From contig OZ219865.1 of the NCBI GenBank assembly GCA_964291675.2, positions 512,001 through 576,000 of the forward strand: DNA of 64,000 nucleotides, written 5' to 3'. The number at the start of each line of letters is the position of its first letter. The first letter of the stretch is position 1. This DNA is from Alphaproteobacteria bacterium (GTDB lineage Bacteria > Pseudomonadota > Alphaproteobacteria > MPNO01). The notes below the pieces were generated by a model that was not told the origin of the DNA, made no database searches, and worked only from the letters and a program-made list of their open reading frames with translations. The translations under genes were made by a program, and so were the position numbers. This document shows positions 39,601 through 50,209 of this stretch, piece by piece.

Positions 39601-41061
39601 TCAGTTGGTCGCCGGCGGCTCGCGGCGCGGGGGGCCGAACGCCCGGCTGGCCGCGCTGACCTGCTTCACCCCGTCCGCGCCCACCTCCATGATCGCGTAG
39701 CTCCGTTCCGAGAGCCCGTCGGCGCGGAAGCGGAACAGGCCGGATGCCCCTTCGAAGCCGCGCGCATCGACCAGCGCGGCGGCGCTGAAATCCGCGCCTC
39801 GCTCGCGCCGGCCGAGCAGCGCCGCGATCGCGGCCGCATCGTAGGCGAGCGCGGCCAGCGGGCCGGGGGGCTTGCCGAAGGCGGCCTCGAAGCGGCGCTT
39901 GAACAGGCTCGCGAGCTCGGTCTCGGGGCTCGCATACCAGGCACCCCGCAGCGCCGGTTCGTATCGCAGCTCCAGCCGGTTCCAGGTCGAGATGCCCAGC
40001 GCGCGGACCCGGTCGCTCGGGATGTCGTAATAGGGGAGCCGGGCGGCGATGGCATAGACCGGGCTGCTGCCGGACGGCAGCAGGATGGCGTCGAACCCGA
40101 CATCCCCCATCGTGTCCCGGTGCTCCAGATGCTCCAGGATCGCGCGCGACTCGGCATCGTCCCGGTCGCGGAGTCCCTGGCGGTACTCCTCCAGCTTCGC
40201 CTTGCGGAAATCGTAGTCGGCGAGGCGGCGCACCGCCCGGTCGATCGACGGAATGTCCTCGCCATAGGCAACGACGCTGTGCAGCCTGACCCCGGCCTCC
40301 CAGGCCGCGACGTCGGCGGCGACCGCCGCCTGGGCGCCGAACCTGCCGGTCGGGATCAGGGCGGCGACGCTGCGTATGCCGTTTCTGCCGGCATAGGCCA
40401 CCACCGCCCGGATCTGCGGCTCGGGACGATGGCCGAGCACGAAGACGTGACGTCCCGCCGCGGCGCGGTCGTTGGTGAAGGCGATCAGGTTCACCCCGGC
40501 GCGCGCGGCCAGCGGCGCGACGGCGGCGACCGCCTCGGAGAACAGCGGGCCCAGCAGCAGCCCCGCCCCCTCGTCCAGCGCCTCTCCCGCCGCCCGCGCC
40601 GCGCCGCCCGGCGTGCCCCCGGTGTCGTACGGCTTGAACGTGAAGCCCGCAGCCGCGTGGTCGAACACGGCCATCATCGCGCCGTTCAGCATCGCCCGCC
40701 CGAGCTCGCCGTCATCGCCGGAGAGCGGCAGGAGAATGCCGATGACGCCCCCCTCGCCGGGCGCCGGCCGGGGCGCGGAGGCATCGTCCGCGGCAGTTGC
40801 GGGGACGGGTCCGGCGGTGCGGTTCGCGGGGCGGTCGGCCGGGGTCGGCGGCGCGGCGCGCGCGGTATCCGGCGCGGGGGCCGCGCGCTGCGGCGGCGGG
40901 GCCGTTTCGACGCCGGGCGGCGGCGCCTCGGCATCCGGTGCGCAGGCGGCGAGGCCCAGGGCGGCCGCTATCGCGACCGCGCGGCACAGGGCGGCGCCCC
41001 GGTCCGGGCGCTTTCCGGATCGCCTGCGAGCGGCGGCGTCGATACGGCTACTCCTACTCAT
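39601..41061 (-). CDS. penicillin-binding protein activator (LppC/LpoA-like lipoprotein)
   Basis: Lipobox LAAC; GILLPLSG, LLGPLF, ALAYDA, GFEGASGLFRF; start uncertain. Confidence 0.88.
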   Translation of the reverse strand: MSRSSRIDAAARRRSGKRPDRGAALCRAVAIAAALGLAACAPDAEAPPPGVETAPPPQRAAPAPDTARAAPPTPADRPANRTAGPVPATAADDASAPRPAPGEGGVIGILLPLSGDDGELGRAMLNGAMMAVFDHAAAGFTFKPYDTGGTPGGAARAAGEALDEGAGLLLGPLFSEAVAAVAPLAARAGVNLIAFTNDRAAAGRHVFVLGHRPEPQIRAVVAYAGRNGIRSVAALIPTGRFGAQAAVAADVAAWEAGVRLHSVVAYGEDIPSIDRAVRRLADYDFRKAKLEEYRQGLRDRDDAESRAILEHLEHRDTMGDVGFDAILLPSGSSPVYAIAARLPYYDIPSDRVRALGISTWNRLELRYEPALRGAWYASPETELASLFKRRFEAAFGKPPGPLAALAYDAAAIAALLGRRERGADFSAAALVDARGFEGASGLFRFRADGLSERSYAIMEVGADGVKQVSAASRAFGPPRREPPATN

Positions 41062-41179
41062 ATCTTGTCATAGGAAGATGAGACAAAATATTGTTCTTGT
41101 TGATTTGTCCTTCCATCGCGGCACAACGGCCGCCAACGGATCAGGGACCTGGCGGCGCGCGCCAGACCCCTGATTTCGT

Positions 41180-41256
<77 letters not shown>

Positions 41257-41499
41257 TCGGTATCGAACGCATCCGACCTTATAGCAGCTTCGGGCCGGAT
41301 GACAACGTCCGGGAACGGACCCGGTTCGAGCCCGATTCCTCCATCGGCTCGCAGACGGTGGCGATCCTGCCGGTCGCCCGCATCGGCATCCCTTCGACGA
41401 GCCGGCCGGAAACCTGAACACGCTTGTCCCGGGGCCGCCTGTCCATCCACGGGTACTACAGGAAAACCCTTGCTTTGTAATCGCTTAGTGATCGGACGT

Positions 41500-41772
41500 T
41501 CATCTTCCGGTCGACATCTGCCTGGCCACATGAAGGCCCAGAAGAGCCGACACCGCATCCTTCGCGGTCGGAAAATCAAGCTTTGCGGCCGGACCTCCGA
41601 GGCGCCAGAACTCATTCTTGCAGGCCTCGATCATCAGGTTCGCCATTTCGTCGTCGAACTGCACGACGAATTTCTCGGCCGCGTCGCCGCCTTGGGAAAA
41701 GTCGAGGACGTCCGGTATGCCTTCGACGTTCGGTGTCACCTGGCCAGAATGTCCGGTCTCGTTGCTGGACAT
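41500..41772 (-). CDS. hypothetical protein (90 aa)
   Basis: Strong RBS aaggag; non-shadow composition; follows the small-gene cluster. Confidence 0.6.
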   Translation of the reverse strand: MSSNETGHSGQVTPNVEGIPDVLDFSQGGDAAEKFVVQFDDEMANLMIEACKNEFWRLGGPAAKLDFPTAKDAVSALLGLHVARQMSTGR

Positions 41773-41792
41773 CGCTCCTTCCTTTCAGCGCG

Positions 41793-42035
41793 TCAGAAGA
41801 GCAGCTTGGCAAGACCGAGCCCGACTCCGACAGTGACGCCGGCACCGACCGTCATGCGAATTGTGATCGTCGTCTCGAGCTTGGCAAGTCGGGTTTCGAA
41901 ACTGTCCTGCGTCACCATGCCGCCCCGGGAGGTTCTGGTGGTTTCGACGATCGCCTCGGCTGCCGCCCGCGGAATGCCGGCCGTCTCAAGGGCCCGGACG
42001 GCCCGTTGGGTGTCGAAATGGGGATCCGGAGTCAT
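41793..42035 (-). CDS. CCDC90/DUF1640-like small membrane coiled-coil protein
   Basis: FDTQRAVRALETAGIP...AEAIV...VT head motif, short coiled coil, C-terminal TM helix. Confidence 0.8.
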   Translation of the reverse strand: MTPDPHFDTQRAVRALETAGIPRAAAEAIVETTRTSRGGMVTQDSFETRLAKLETTITIRMTVGAGVTVGVGLGLAKLLF

Positions 42036-42047
42036 GCGCCGGACCGG

Positions 42048-42218
42048 TCACTCCGCGGCCTCGGCGGGGGCGGGCCTTTCCTTGTCTTCGTCCTTCCTGA
42101 ACCGCTCGTCCTTCGTATCCTCGATCCGGCCCGCGACGATCTTCCCGACATGCGCCGCGCATTCGACGGCATCGTCCGGGCGCCATTCTCCTCGGCGTAT
42201 TTCGTCGTCCTCAACCAT
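42048..42218 (-). CDS. small hypothetical protein (56 aa)
   Basis: RGEWRPDDAVECAAHVGKIVAGRIED resembles small mobile-DNA-associated proteins of the KRPxDxxxxAxxVxxIATGE type; overlaps the upstream stop. Confidence 0.5.
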   Translation of the reverse strand: MVEDDEIRRGEWRPDDAVECAAHVGKIVAGRIEDTKDERFRKDEDKERPAPAEAAE

Positions 42219-42441
42219 GAACCGTCTCTGTAGACGACGCGGCCGGAGCTTCGATCGGGCGGCCCCTGATTTCGCCCCGCAACTCGGCGAACTCGCGGGC
42301 GAGAGACTGGAGATCCCGGGCGACGCCATCGACCCTGCCTTCCAGCCGATCGATACGGCGATCGAGCCGGTTCGTGACCTGCCACATGAACAGGGCAAGG
42401 GCGACGCCGACTCCCAGCATGGTGACGATCTCGGGGCTCAT
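42211..42441 (-). CDS. small N-terminal TM + coiled-coil protein
   Basis: MSPEIVTMLGVGVALALF shares TMLGVGVALA with the 29-30 kb paralogs; heptad pattern. Confidence 0.8.
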   Translation of the reverse strand: MSPEIVTMLGVGVALALFMWQVTNRLDRRIDRLEGRVDGVARDLQSLAREFAELRGEIRGRPIEAPAASSTETVHG

Positions 42442-42600
42442 TGTCCCATCCGCCGGTCGCGCGCACCCTAGCACGGGCATTCGTCCATCTACAAATCATG
42501 TATGACGAAATGGAGATATCGCCCCTCCTGCGCCTGCCGACGCATTCCCCGCTACGTCGGCCAGGCCCGCTCTGTCGGGTGGATGCCGAATACAAGAGCC

Positions 42601-42846
42601 TCATCCGGGCGAGGGACAGCTTCCCGCGCCAACTCGCTCGCGTTCGTAGAGGTGGCGGACATCTTCCCGAAGGCTTTGAATGGAGCGCGAAAACTCCGCA
42701 ATCATGCCCTCCAGCCTGGCAACCCGTTCCGCCAGAGCGCCGATCCGCCTGTCGATGTCCCTCATATCGCGATGCAAGGTCCACAGAAACGCCAACACGG
42801 CGACCAGCCCCGCCAAATTCGCGTAGCCCAACGTCTCTGGAGTCAT
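42601..42846 (-). CDS. small N-terminal TM + coiled-coil protein
   Basis: LAGLVAVLAFLW TM helix; IDRRIGALAERVARLEG heptads. Confidence 0.78.
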   Translation of the reverse strand: MTPETLGYANLAGLVAVLAFLWTLHRDMRDIDRRIGALAERVARLEGMIAEFSRSIQSLREDVRHLYERERVGAGSCPSPG

Positions 42847-42993
42847 GGATGCCACTGCTGTCGGCCGCGCGCACCCTAGCACGGGAATTCGTCGGCCTCC
42901 AAACAGGTATGACGAATTGGAGATGACGCCCTTGCCGCGCCAGCCCACGCATTGGATGACCCGCTCGAACCGGGTCGGTACCGGACGCCGGAC

Positions 42994-43488
42994 CTATTCG
43001 AGCGCGTCCCGAAGCCGGCGCCTGATCCGTTCGAGCTCGCCGAGGGTTTCGGCGAGCGCCGCCTTCAGCGCGGCGGCCTCGGACGCTTCGGCCGCGACCG
43101 CCGGGGCCGGGGCGGGGCGGGGCGCCACGACCGCTTGCGTGCGGTCGATCGGCGTGGGCTCGACCGTCGGGCGCGCGGGAAGCTGCCGCTCGGCCAGCGC
43201 CTTCGCGCCGCCCTCGCGCAGCAGCTTCTGCACACCCTTGATGGTGTATCCGTCGGTATACAGCAGGTCGCGGATCGAGCGCAGCAGGTCGATGTCCTCG
43301 GGCCGGTAGTAGCGCCGCCCGCCGCCGCGCTTCATCGGCTTGACCTGGATGAACTTGCTCTCCCAGAACCGCAGCACGTGCTGGGGGACCTCGAGCTCGC
43401 CGGCCACCTCGCTGATGGTGCGGAACGCCGATGCCGACTTGCCGGCCCCGCGGCGCCTGGGCTCGACCGATGGCGCGGCCTCGGCCAT
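42994..43488 (-). CDS. MerR-family regulator
   Basis: AFRTISEVA...HVLRFWE...[10 protein letters not shown]; conserved position after ihfA. Confidence 0.94.
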   Translation of the reverse strand: MAEAAPSVEPRRRGAGKSASAFRTISEVAGELEVPQHVLRFWESKFIQVKPMKRGGGRRYYRPEDIDLLRSIRDLLYTDGYTIKGVQKLLREGGAKALAERQLPARPTVEPTPIDRTQAVVAPRPAPAPAVAAEASEAAALKAALAETLGELERIRRRLRDALE

Positions 43489-43491
43489 CGC

Positions 43492-43821
43492 TCAGCCGCC
43501 GGACTCGTCGTCGGTGCCGCCGCCGGCCATCGTCTCGTTGATCCGCGACTTCAGCACGTTGGAAGCGCGGAACACCAGCACCTTGCGCGGAAGTATCGGC
43601 ACTTCCTGGCCGGTCTTCGGGTTGCGCCCCACCCGGGGCCCCTTCTGGCGGACCGAGAAGCTGCCGAAGGAGGAAATCTTCACCGGTTCGCCGCGGGTCA
43701 GCGAATCCGAGATCTCCCGCAGCACGGTTTCCACCAGCTCCGCGGACTCGTTTCGCGACAGCCCGATTTCCTGATAGACCGCCTCCGCCAAGTGCGCGCG
43801 CGTCACCGTCGCCGACGCCAT
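43492..43821 (-). CDS. ihfA: integration host factor alpha
   Basis: [25 protein letters not shown]. Confidence 0.97.
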   Translation of the reverse strand: MASATVTRAHLAEAVYQEIGLSRNESAELVETVLREISDSLTRGEPVKISSFGSFSVRQKGPRVGRNPKTGQEVPILPRKVLVFRASNVLKSRINETMAGGGTDDESGG

Positions 43822-43956
43822 GTCCCAAAGCCCTCGCCTGTTCGACCCACAGGGTACGCCGAACGAAGAATTCAGTCAATTATCAATAGGATAGGCGGTT
43901 TGGCTAATGTAAAGCCACGATTTCCGGGGGTTTCCGGCCCCGAAGCGCTTCCCGGC

Positions 43957-44931
43957 TTACCAGCGAACCAGGCTCGCGCCCCAGGCGAAGCCGCCGCCCA
44001 TGGCTTCGAGCAGACAGAGATCGCCGCGCTTTATCCTTCCGTCCGCCACCGCCTCGGCGAGCGCCAGCGGGATCGACGCGGCGGAGGTATTGGCGTGGTG
44101 ATCGACGGTGACGATCACCTTCTCCTCCGGCATGCCGAGCTTGCCCGACGTGCTCTTTATGATCCGCAGATTGGCCTGGTGCGGGACCACCCAGTCGACG
44201 TCGTCCGCGGTCAGGCCGTTGGCCGCCAGGGCCTCCTGCATCACCGAGGCGAGGTTGACCACGGCGTGGCGGAACACGTCGCGGCCGGCCATCCTGAGAT
44301 GGCCGACCGTGCGGGTGCTCGACGGCCCGCCGTCGACGAACAGGAGGTCGTGATGGCGCCCGTCCGAGCGCAGGTGGTTGGAGAGCACGCCGCGGTCGGC
44401 GGCGGTCCCCTCCCCCTGTTCCGCGCGCAGCACCACCGCCCCCGCCCCGTCGCCGAACAGGACGCAGGTGGCGCGGTCCTGCCAGTCGAGAATCCGGGAG
44501 AAGGTCTCCGCGCCGATCACCAGGGCGGAGCCCGCCTGGCCGAGGCGGATGAAATTGTCCGCGACGTTGAGCGCGTAGATGAAGCCCGAGCACACCGCCT
44601 GGACGTCGAACGCGGCGCCCCGGCGCATCTCCAGCGCGTCCTGCACCCGGGTCGCGGTGGCCGGGAAGGTCTCGTCCGGCGTCGCCGTGGCGACGACGAT
44701 GAGGTCGAGTTCGGAGGACGGCATCGCCGCCCGGTCGAGCGCGATGCGGGCGGCGGCGGTCGCCAGATGCGAGGTGAACTCGCCCTCGGCGGCGACCCGG
44801 CGCTCGTGAATGCCGGTGCGCTGGACGATCCAATCGTCCGAGGTGTCGACCATCCGCGCCAAATCGGCGTTGCTGAGCACCTTCTCGGGAAGATACCCGC
44901 CGCAGCCGGCGACGACGGCCCTGGCCACCAT
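43957..44931 (-). CDS. fabH: 3-oxoacyl-ACP synthase III
   Basis: [31 protein letters not shown]. Confidence 0.97.
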   Translation of the reverse strand: MVARAVVAGCGGYLPEKVLSNADLARMVDTSDDWIVQRTGIHERRVAAEGEFTSHLATAAARIALDRAAMPSSELDLIVVATATPDETFPATATRVQDALEMRRGAAFDVQAVCSGFIYALNVADNFIRLGQAGSALVIGAETFSRILDWQDRATCVLFGDGAGAVVLRAEQGEGTAADRGVLSNHLRSDGRHHDLLFVDGGPSSTRTVGHLRMAGRDVFRHAVVNLASVMQEALAANGLTADDVDWVVPHQANLRIIKSTSGKLGMPEEKVIVTVDHHANTSAASIPLALAEAVADGRIKRGDLCLLEAMGGGFAWGASLVRW

Positions 44932-45980
44932 CAGGATGCGGCCGCGCGGGTGCGGACCGGCATCGACAGCACGCCGCCGTCGAGCTGCGCGGTGATCTTC
45001 TCGTTGAAACGATGCGCCGCCATGTCCACCGCCACCCCGATCGCGTTGGCGAAGCCGAAGGCGTCGGTCGAGCCGTGGCTCTTGACCACGGTTCCGTTGA
45101 GCCCGAGGAACATGGCGCCGTTGTAGCGCCGGGGATCGACCCGGGCGCGCAGCTTGTTGAGGCTGCGCCGGGCCAGAAGGTAGCCGAGGCGTGCGCTCAC
45201 CGAGCTCTTGAACGCCCGGCGCAGGAACTCCGTATAGAGCTTGACCGAACCCTCGATCGTCTTGAGCGCGATATTGCCGGAGAAGCCGTCGGAGACGATC
45301 ACGTCGACCGTCCCCATGGCGATATCGTCGCCCTCGACGAATCCGTGGTAGCGGATGCCGGCGTTCTTCTCGCGCAGGATGGCGGCGGCCTGGCGAACCG
45401 CCTCGTGGCCCTTCACCTCTTCGGTGCCGACATTGAGCAGCCCGATCGAGGGGTCCTTGAGCCCGAGCACGGTGCGGCCGAACTCGGAGCCCATGATCGC
45501 GAACTGGATCAAATTGTCCGCGTCGCACTCGACATTCGCGCCGAGGTCGAGCATCACGCTCTCGCTGCGGTAGTTGGGGAAGACCGCCGCGATCGCCGGG
45601 CGGTCGATGCCGGGCAGGGTCTTGAGGGTGAACTTCGCCATCGCCATCAGCGCGCCGGTATTGCCGGCGGACACCACGCCTTCCGCCTCCCCGTCGCGCA
45701 CGGCGTTGATCGCAAGCCGCATGCTGGAGCGCTTGCCCTGGCGCAGGGCCTGCGACGGCTTGTCGTCGTCGCTGACCGCCTCCTCGGTGTGGTCGATGGC
45801 GATGACCTTGCGCAGCTTGGGCATCCGCTTGAGCAGCGGCGCGATCCGGCGTTCGTCCCCGAACAGGCGGAAGCGCACGCCGGGATAGCGCCGCCGCGCG
45901 ATGTTCGCGCCCCTGACGACGATGCGCGGCGCGTTGTCGCCGCCCATCGCGTCGAGCGCAATTGTCGCCAGCGCAGTCAA
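44931..45980 (-). CDS. plsX: phosphate acyltransferase
   Basis: [25 protein letters not shown]. Confidence 0.97.
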   Translation of the reverse strand: MTALATIALDAMGGDNAPRIVVRGANIARRRYPGVRFRLFGDERRIAPLLKRMPKLRKVIAIDHTEEAVSDDDKPSQALRQGKRSSMRLAINAVRDGEAEGVVSAGNTGALMAMAKFTLKTLPGIDRPAIAAVFPNYRSESVMLDLGANVECDADNLIQFAIMGSEFGRTVLGLKDPSIGLLNVGTEEVKGHEAVRQAAAILREKNAGIRYHGFVEGDDIAMGTVDVIVSDGFSGNIALKTIEGSVKLYTEFLRRAFKSSVSARLGYLLARRSLNKLRARVDPRRYNGAMFLGLNGTVVKSHGSTDAFGFANAIGVAVDMAAHRFNEKITAQLDGGVLSMPVRTRAAAS

Positions 45981-46011
45981 CCGGATCCGCCTTCCAGCGA
46001 CGCGACGCGGC

Positions 46012-46194
46012 CTAGGCCGGGCTCGCCTCGGTGACTTCCCGGCCGTCGTAATGTCCGCAGGACGGGCAGACATGGTGGGGGCGCTTGTACTCGCCGCAGT
46101 TCGGGCACTCGCCGTAGGCCGCCGCGCTCAGCGCGTGATGCGAACGCCGCATGTTGCGGCGCGACTTGGACACTTTCTTCTTCGGTACAGCCAT
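46012..46194 (-). CDS. rpmF: 50S ribosomal protein L32
   Basis: [19 protein letters not shown]...CPNC...CPSC. Confidence 0.97.
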   Translation of the reverse strand: MAVPKKKVSKSRRNMRRSHHALSAAAYGECPNCGEYKRPHHVCPSCGHYDGREVTEASPA

Positions 46195-46280
46195 CGCCAC
46201 AGTCTCTGTTTGGGATGATCGAACGCCGAGCGTGCGGATACCTAGCCAAAGGACGCGCGGCCGGCAAGCCAGAGCGAAGT

Positions 46281-46808
46281 CTAGCTGTTTTCGCTCCGTT
46301 CTTCCAGCGCGCGAAACGGCGAATCGGCGCTGGCCGGGGAAAGCTCCCCGGTCTCGCCCGGGGCGAGCGTCGAATCGGCGTCCGGCGACCGGGGAAAGGG
46401 ATCGAGGGAGAGCGCGAGCTCCACCGCGACGGCCTCGCCGATGTCGATCGCCTCGCCGGCAAAGGGCTCGAAATCCTCGTCGGGCGGGATGACGACCGTC
46501 TTCGGCGCCGGCGCGTCGTCCGGCACCGGGCGCAGCAGAAGCGTCACCTCCTCCTCGATTTCGCCCGGCACCGGTTCCAGCGTCACCACGCAGTCCTGGA
46601 TCGCCCGGGCCGACAGGCGCGCGGCCAGCCGCACGTCGCCGTCGCGGGTGCGGCGCAGCGACACGGTGGCGGAGAGGCGCTCTATCGCGACGATGGCGAA
46701 GCGCCGGGCGAGCGCACGGCGTTCGGCCGCGTCGGCGGCGATCTCGCGGACGATGCCGGATTCCGAAATCCGCTCGAGGCGGACGATGCGCGAGAACTCG
46801 GGCGTCAC
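46281..46808 (-). CDS. YceD/DUF177 protein
   Basis: [26 protein letters not shown]; upstream of rpmF. Confidence 0.9.
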   Translation of the reverse strand: MTPEFSRIVRLERISESGIVREIAADAAERRALARRFAIVAIERLSATVSLRRTRDGDVRLAARLSARAIQDCVVTLEPVPGEIEEEVTLLLRPVPDDAPAPKTVVIPPDEDFEPFAGEAIDIGEAVAVELALSLDPFPRSPDADSTLAPGETGELSPASADSPFRALEERSENS

Positions 46809-47365
46809 GGCGCCTCGCCCGGCGGGGCGGGGTGCGAGAACCCCGTCTCGAAGCGCACCTGGCCTTGCAATAACCGGTCGAGCGGCTGGGCCGCGAGCGC
46901 CGCGGCCTGGTTCCGTGCATAGCACGCCATCGCGGTCGCGCCGTCGGGGGGTGCGGAGACCGTGCCGTAGAGGTTGCGGCAGAGCGCCGAACGGAGGGCT
47001 TCCCGATCGCCATCGAGCCCCCGGTCGTAGGCCTTGACCCGGCCGAGGAACGAGCTCGCCATGAACTTGACGCGACGCCCGACGCCGAGGTCGCCCGCGC
47101 CCATCTCCCTGAGGCAGCGATCCATGTCGTCGAACATCGCATCGAACAGGGACTGCGCGAGGTCGCCGGTCCGCTCCGGATCCTCGCGCAGCCGGCGCAG
47201 GACGAGATAGGCGTGCAGCGCGATGAGCTCGAACCGGCCGTCGAGCGTATCCGGAACCCCGCCCGCGGTGTAGAACTCGGCCGAGCGGGCCCGCTCCACC
47301 GCCGCGGCGTAGAGCGCCTCGGCCGACATCCGGGTCTCCCTCCTGTCGCGCAGACGCTTCAACAT
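46805..47365 (-). CDS. ubiquinol-cytochrome c chaperone (Cbp3 family)
   Basis: [26 protein letters not shown]. Confidence 0.92.
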   Translation of the reverse strand: MLKRLRDRRETRMSAEALYAAAVERARSAEFYTAGGVPDTLDGRFELIALHAYLVLRRLREDPERTGDLAQSLFDAMFDDMDRCLREMGAGDLGVGRRVKFMASSFLGRVKAYDRGLDGDREALRSALCRNLYGTVSAPPDGATAMACYARNQAAALAAQPLDRLLQGQVRFETGFSHPAPPGEAP

Positions 47366-47475
47366 CCCGTCATCGCCCGTGGCTTCGGATTGACAGGCGA
47401 CGAACTTGGTGCATTCTCTGCGCGAGGTCCAGCGATCCGGCCCTCCCGGGCCTGGGACAGCGGAAACCGCAGCCG

Positions 47476-47931
47476 ATGCACCGACGACGGTCCACCCTCC
47501 ATTTCGCCCTCGGCCTCGTCGCGGCCGCGAGCCTGCTCGCCTGCGCGCCGACCCGCGACAATCACGGCAACATCCCGCTCGAACAGAACGCCGAGACCAT
47601 CGCGCCCGGCAAGCAGACCCGCGAGCAGGTACGGGACGCGCTCGGCACCCCCTCCATCCAGGCCACCTTCGAGCAGGACGAGATCTGGTACTATGTCGGC
47701 AAGCGCACCGAGACGACCGCCTTTTTCGCACCCGACGTCCTCGAACATCAGGTCCTCGAAATCCGCTTCGGCGCCGACGGCCGGGTCAGCCGGATCAGGA
47801 CGGTCGATGCCACCAAGGCGGTGAAGCCCCGCCTCGTGGACCGCGAGACGCCGACCGAGGGCAACGAGCTTTCGATCCTCGAACAATTCGTCGGCAATAT
47901 CGGCCGTTTCTCGCCGCCGACGGGCCAGTAG
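47476..47931 (+). CDS. bamE: outer membrane assembly lipoprotein
   Basis: Lipobox LLAC; TREQVRDALGTPS, WYYV, TPTEG. Confidence 0.92.
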   Translation: MHRRRSTLHFALGLVAAASLLACAPTRDNHGNIPLEQNAETIAPGKQTREQVRDALGTPSIQATFEQDEIWYYVGKRTETTAFFAPDVLEHQVLEIRFGADGRVSRIRTVDATKAVKPRLVDRETPTEGNELSILEQFVGNIGRFSPPTGQ

Positions 47932-47947
47932 CGGCCGACCCGTACCG

Positions 47948-50053
47948 TCAGGCGGCCAGCACCGCCAGCAGCAGCAACGCCACGATGTTGATGATCTTGA
48001 TCATCGGATTGACCGCCGGGCCCGCGGTGTCCTTGTAGGGATCGCCCACGGTATCGCCGGTCACCGCCGCCATGTGGGCGTCCGAGCCCTTGCCGCCGTG
48101 ATTGCCGTCCTCGATGAACTTCTTGGCGTTGTCCCAGGCGCCGCCGCCCGAGGTCATCGATATGGCGACGAAGATCCCGGTCACGATGGTGCCGAGCAGC
48201 ATCGCCCCCAGCGTGGTGAACCCGGCCACCGGCCCGCCGATCCACGACATGACGAAATAGATCGCGATGGGCGCCAGCACGGGCAGCATCGAGGGGACGA
48301 TCATCTCGCGGATCGCCGCCCGGGTGAGAAGGTCCACCGCGCGGCCGTATTCCGGCCGGCTGGTCCCCTCCATGATGCCCTCGATCTCGCGGAACTGGCG
48401 CCTGACCTCGACCACCACGGCGGCGCCGGCCCGGCCCACGGCCATCATGCCCAGCGCGCCGAACAGGTAAGGCAGCAGGCCGCCGATGAACAACCCGATC
48501 ACGACATAGGGGTCGGCGAGCTGGAACGAGATGCCCTCGGCGACCTCGGGGAAGTAGTATTTCAGGTCCTGGGTGTAGGCGGCGAACAGCACCAGCGCCG
48601 CGAGACCGGCCGAGCCGATGGCGTAGCCCTTGGTCACCGCCTTGGTGGTGTTGCCCACCGCATCGAGCAGGTCGGTGTGCCGGCGCACGTCTTCGGGGAG
48701 ATCGGCCATCTCGGCGATGCCGCCGGCATTATCGGTCACCGGCCCGTAGGCGTCGAGCGCGACCACCATGCCGGCCAGCGCCAGCATCGTCGTCGCGGCG
48801 ATGGCGATGCCGTAGAGCCCGGCCGCGAAATAGGAGAGAATGATGCCGGCGCAGATCACCAGCACCGGCAGCGCGGTCGCTTCGAGCGAGACCGCGAGGC
48901 CCTGGATCACGTTGGTGGCGTGCCCCGTCTCGGACGCCCTGGCGACGCTCCTTACCGGGCGGTACGCGGTCGAGGTGTAGTATTCGGTGATCCACACCAG
49001 GAGCCCGGTCACGGCCAGGCCGACGAGCGCGCAATAGAGCAAGTGGCGCGGCTGGATGCTGCCGCCCTCGAGCGCGATCTCGGCCGAGAAGCTGCCGAAG
49101 ATCTGCCAGATGGCGAGCGCGATCAGCACCGCCGAGATCGCCGCCGCCGCGACGAAACCCTTGTACAGCGCGGCCATCACGTTGTTGCCGGCGCCGAGGC
49201 GCACGAAGAACGTGCCGATCACCGAGCCGATGATGCAGACCGCGCCGATCACCAGCGGCAGCGCCATCATCGCTTCCTGGGTGGCACCGGTGAAGAAGAT
49301 CGCGCCCAGCAGCATGGTCGCGACCACGGTGACGGCGTAGGTCTCGAACAGGTCGGCCGCCATGCCGGCGCAGTCGCCGACATTGTCGCCCACGTTGTCC
49401 GCGATGACGCCCGCGTTGCGGGGGTCGTCCTCGGGTATTCCGGCCTCGATCTTGCCCACCAGGTCGGCGCCGACATCGGCGCCCTTGGTGAAGATGCCGC
49501 CGCCGAGGCGGGCGAAGATCGAGATCAGCGACGCGCCGAAGCCGAGCGCCACCAGGGCTTCGAGGATATGGCGCAGCCCGGCCGGGTCGGACGGGTCGTG
49601 CACGCCGCGCAGGATCATGTAGTAGACGACGACGCCGAGCAGGCCGAGACCGACGACCAGCATCCCGGTCACCGCGCCCGACTTGAAGGCGACATCGAGC
49701 GCCGGCCTGATGCCGCCCTCCCGGGCCGCGTTCGCGGTCCGGACATTGGCCCGCACCGAGACGTTCATGCCGATATAGCCGGCCACCCCGGACAGGATCG
49801 CGCCGATGAAGAAGCCGAGCCCGACATAGACGTCGAGCAGCAGGCCGAGAATCACGCCGACCGCGACGCCGACGATGCCGATGGTCAGGTACTGGCGGTT
49901 GAGATAGGCGCGCGCGCCCTCCTGGATCGCGCCGGCGATCTCCACCATGCGTTCGGTGCCGGGGCTGGCGGCGAGAATCGATCTGACCGCGTAGAGCCCG
50001 TAGAGGATCGCCAGCACGCCGCAGGCGATGACCATCCAATAGGTTGCCATCAT
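47948..50053 (-). CDS. hppA: membrane pyrophosphatase, likely K+-independent H+ pump
   Basis: [27 protein letters not shown]; Lys in GNTTKA. Confidence 0.96.
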   Translation of the reverse strand: MMATYWMVIACGVLAILYGLYAVRSILAASPGTERMVEIAGAIQEGARAYLNRQYLTIGIVGVAVGVILGLLLDVYVGLGFFIGAILSGVAGYIGMNVSVRANVRTANAAREGGIRPALDVAFKSGAVTGMLVVGLGLLGVVVYYMILRGVHDPSDPAGLRHILEALVALGFGASLISIFARLGGGIFTKGADVGADLVGKIEAGIPEDDPRNAGVIADNVGDNVGDCAGMAADLFETYAVTVVATMLLGAIFFTGATQEAMMALPLVIGAVCIIGSVIGTFFVRLGAGNNVMAALYKGFVAAAAISAVLIALAIWQIFGSFSAEIALEGGSIQPRHLLYCALVGLAVTGLLVWITEYYTSTAYRPVRSVARASETGHATNVIQGLAVSLEATALPVLVICAGIILSYFAAGLYGIAIAATTMLALAGMVVALDAYGPVTDNAGGIAEMADLPEDVRRHTDLLDAVGNTTKAVTKGYAIGSAGLAALVLFAAYTQDLKYYFPEVAEGISFQLADPYVVIGLFIGGLLPYLFGALGMMAVGRAGAAVVVEVRRQFREIEGIMEGTSRPEYGRAVDLLTRAAIREMIVPSMLPVLAPIAIYFVMSWIGGPVAGFTTLGAMLLGTIVTGIFVAISMTSGGGAWDNAKKFIEDGNHGGKGSDAHMAAVTGDTVGDPYKDTAGPAVNPMIKIINIVALLLLAVLAA

Positions 50054-50209
50054 GCTTGCAGGATTCCTTGTCTTTTCGAGACGGACACCGCCCGACGCGC
50101 GGCTATGAGCGCAGAGCCGTTTGCTGTTTGGCTGGTGAGGCTCGGATGAGCGCGCGGAACATGCCAGAACTCGATTTGCAAGGCAATATCGCGCCCCGCG
50201 GCGGGCCGC

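Noticed and set aside
42852-42862. ccactgctgtc match to the MITE end inside a small-gene leader
   Set aside because: Only 11 bp, lacks the cggttt part, and has no partner end.
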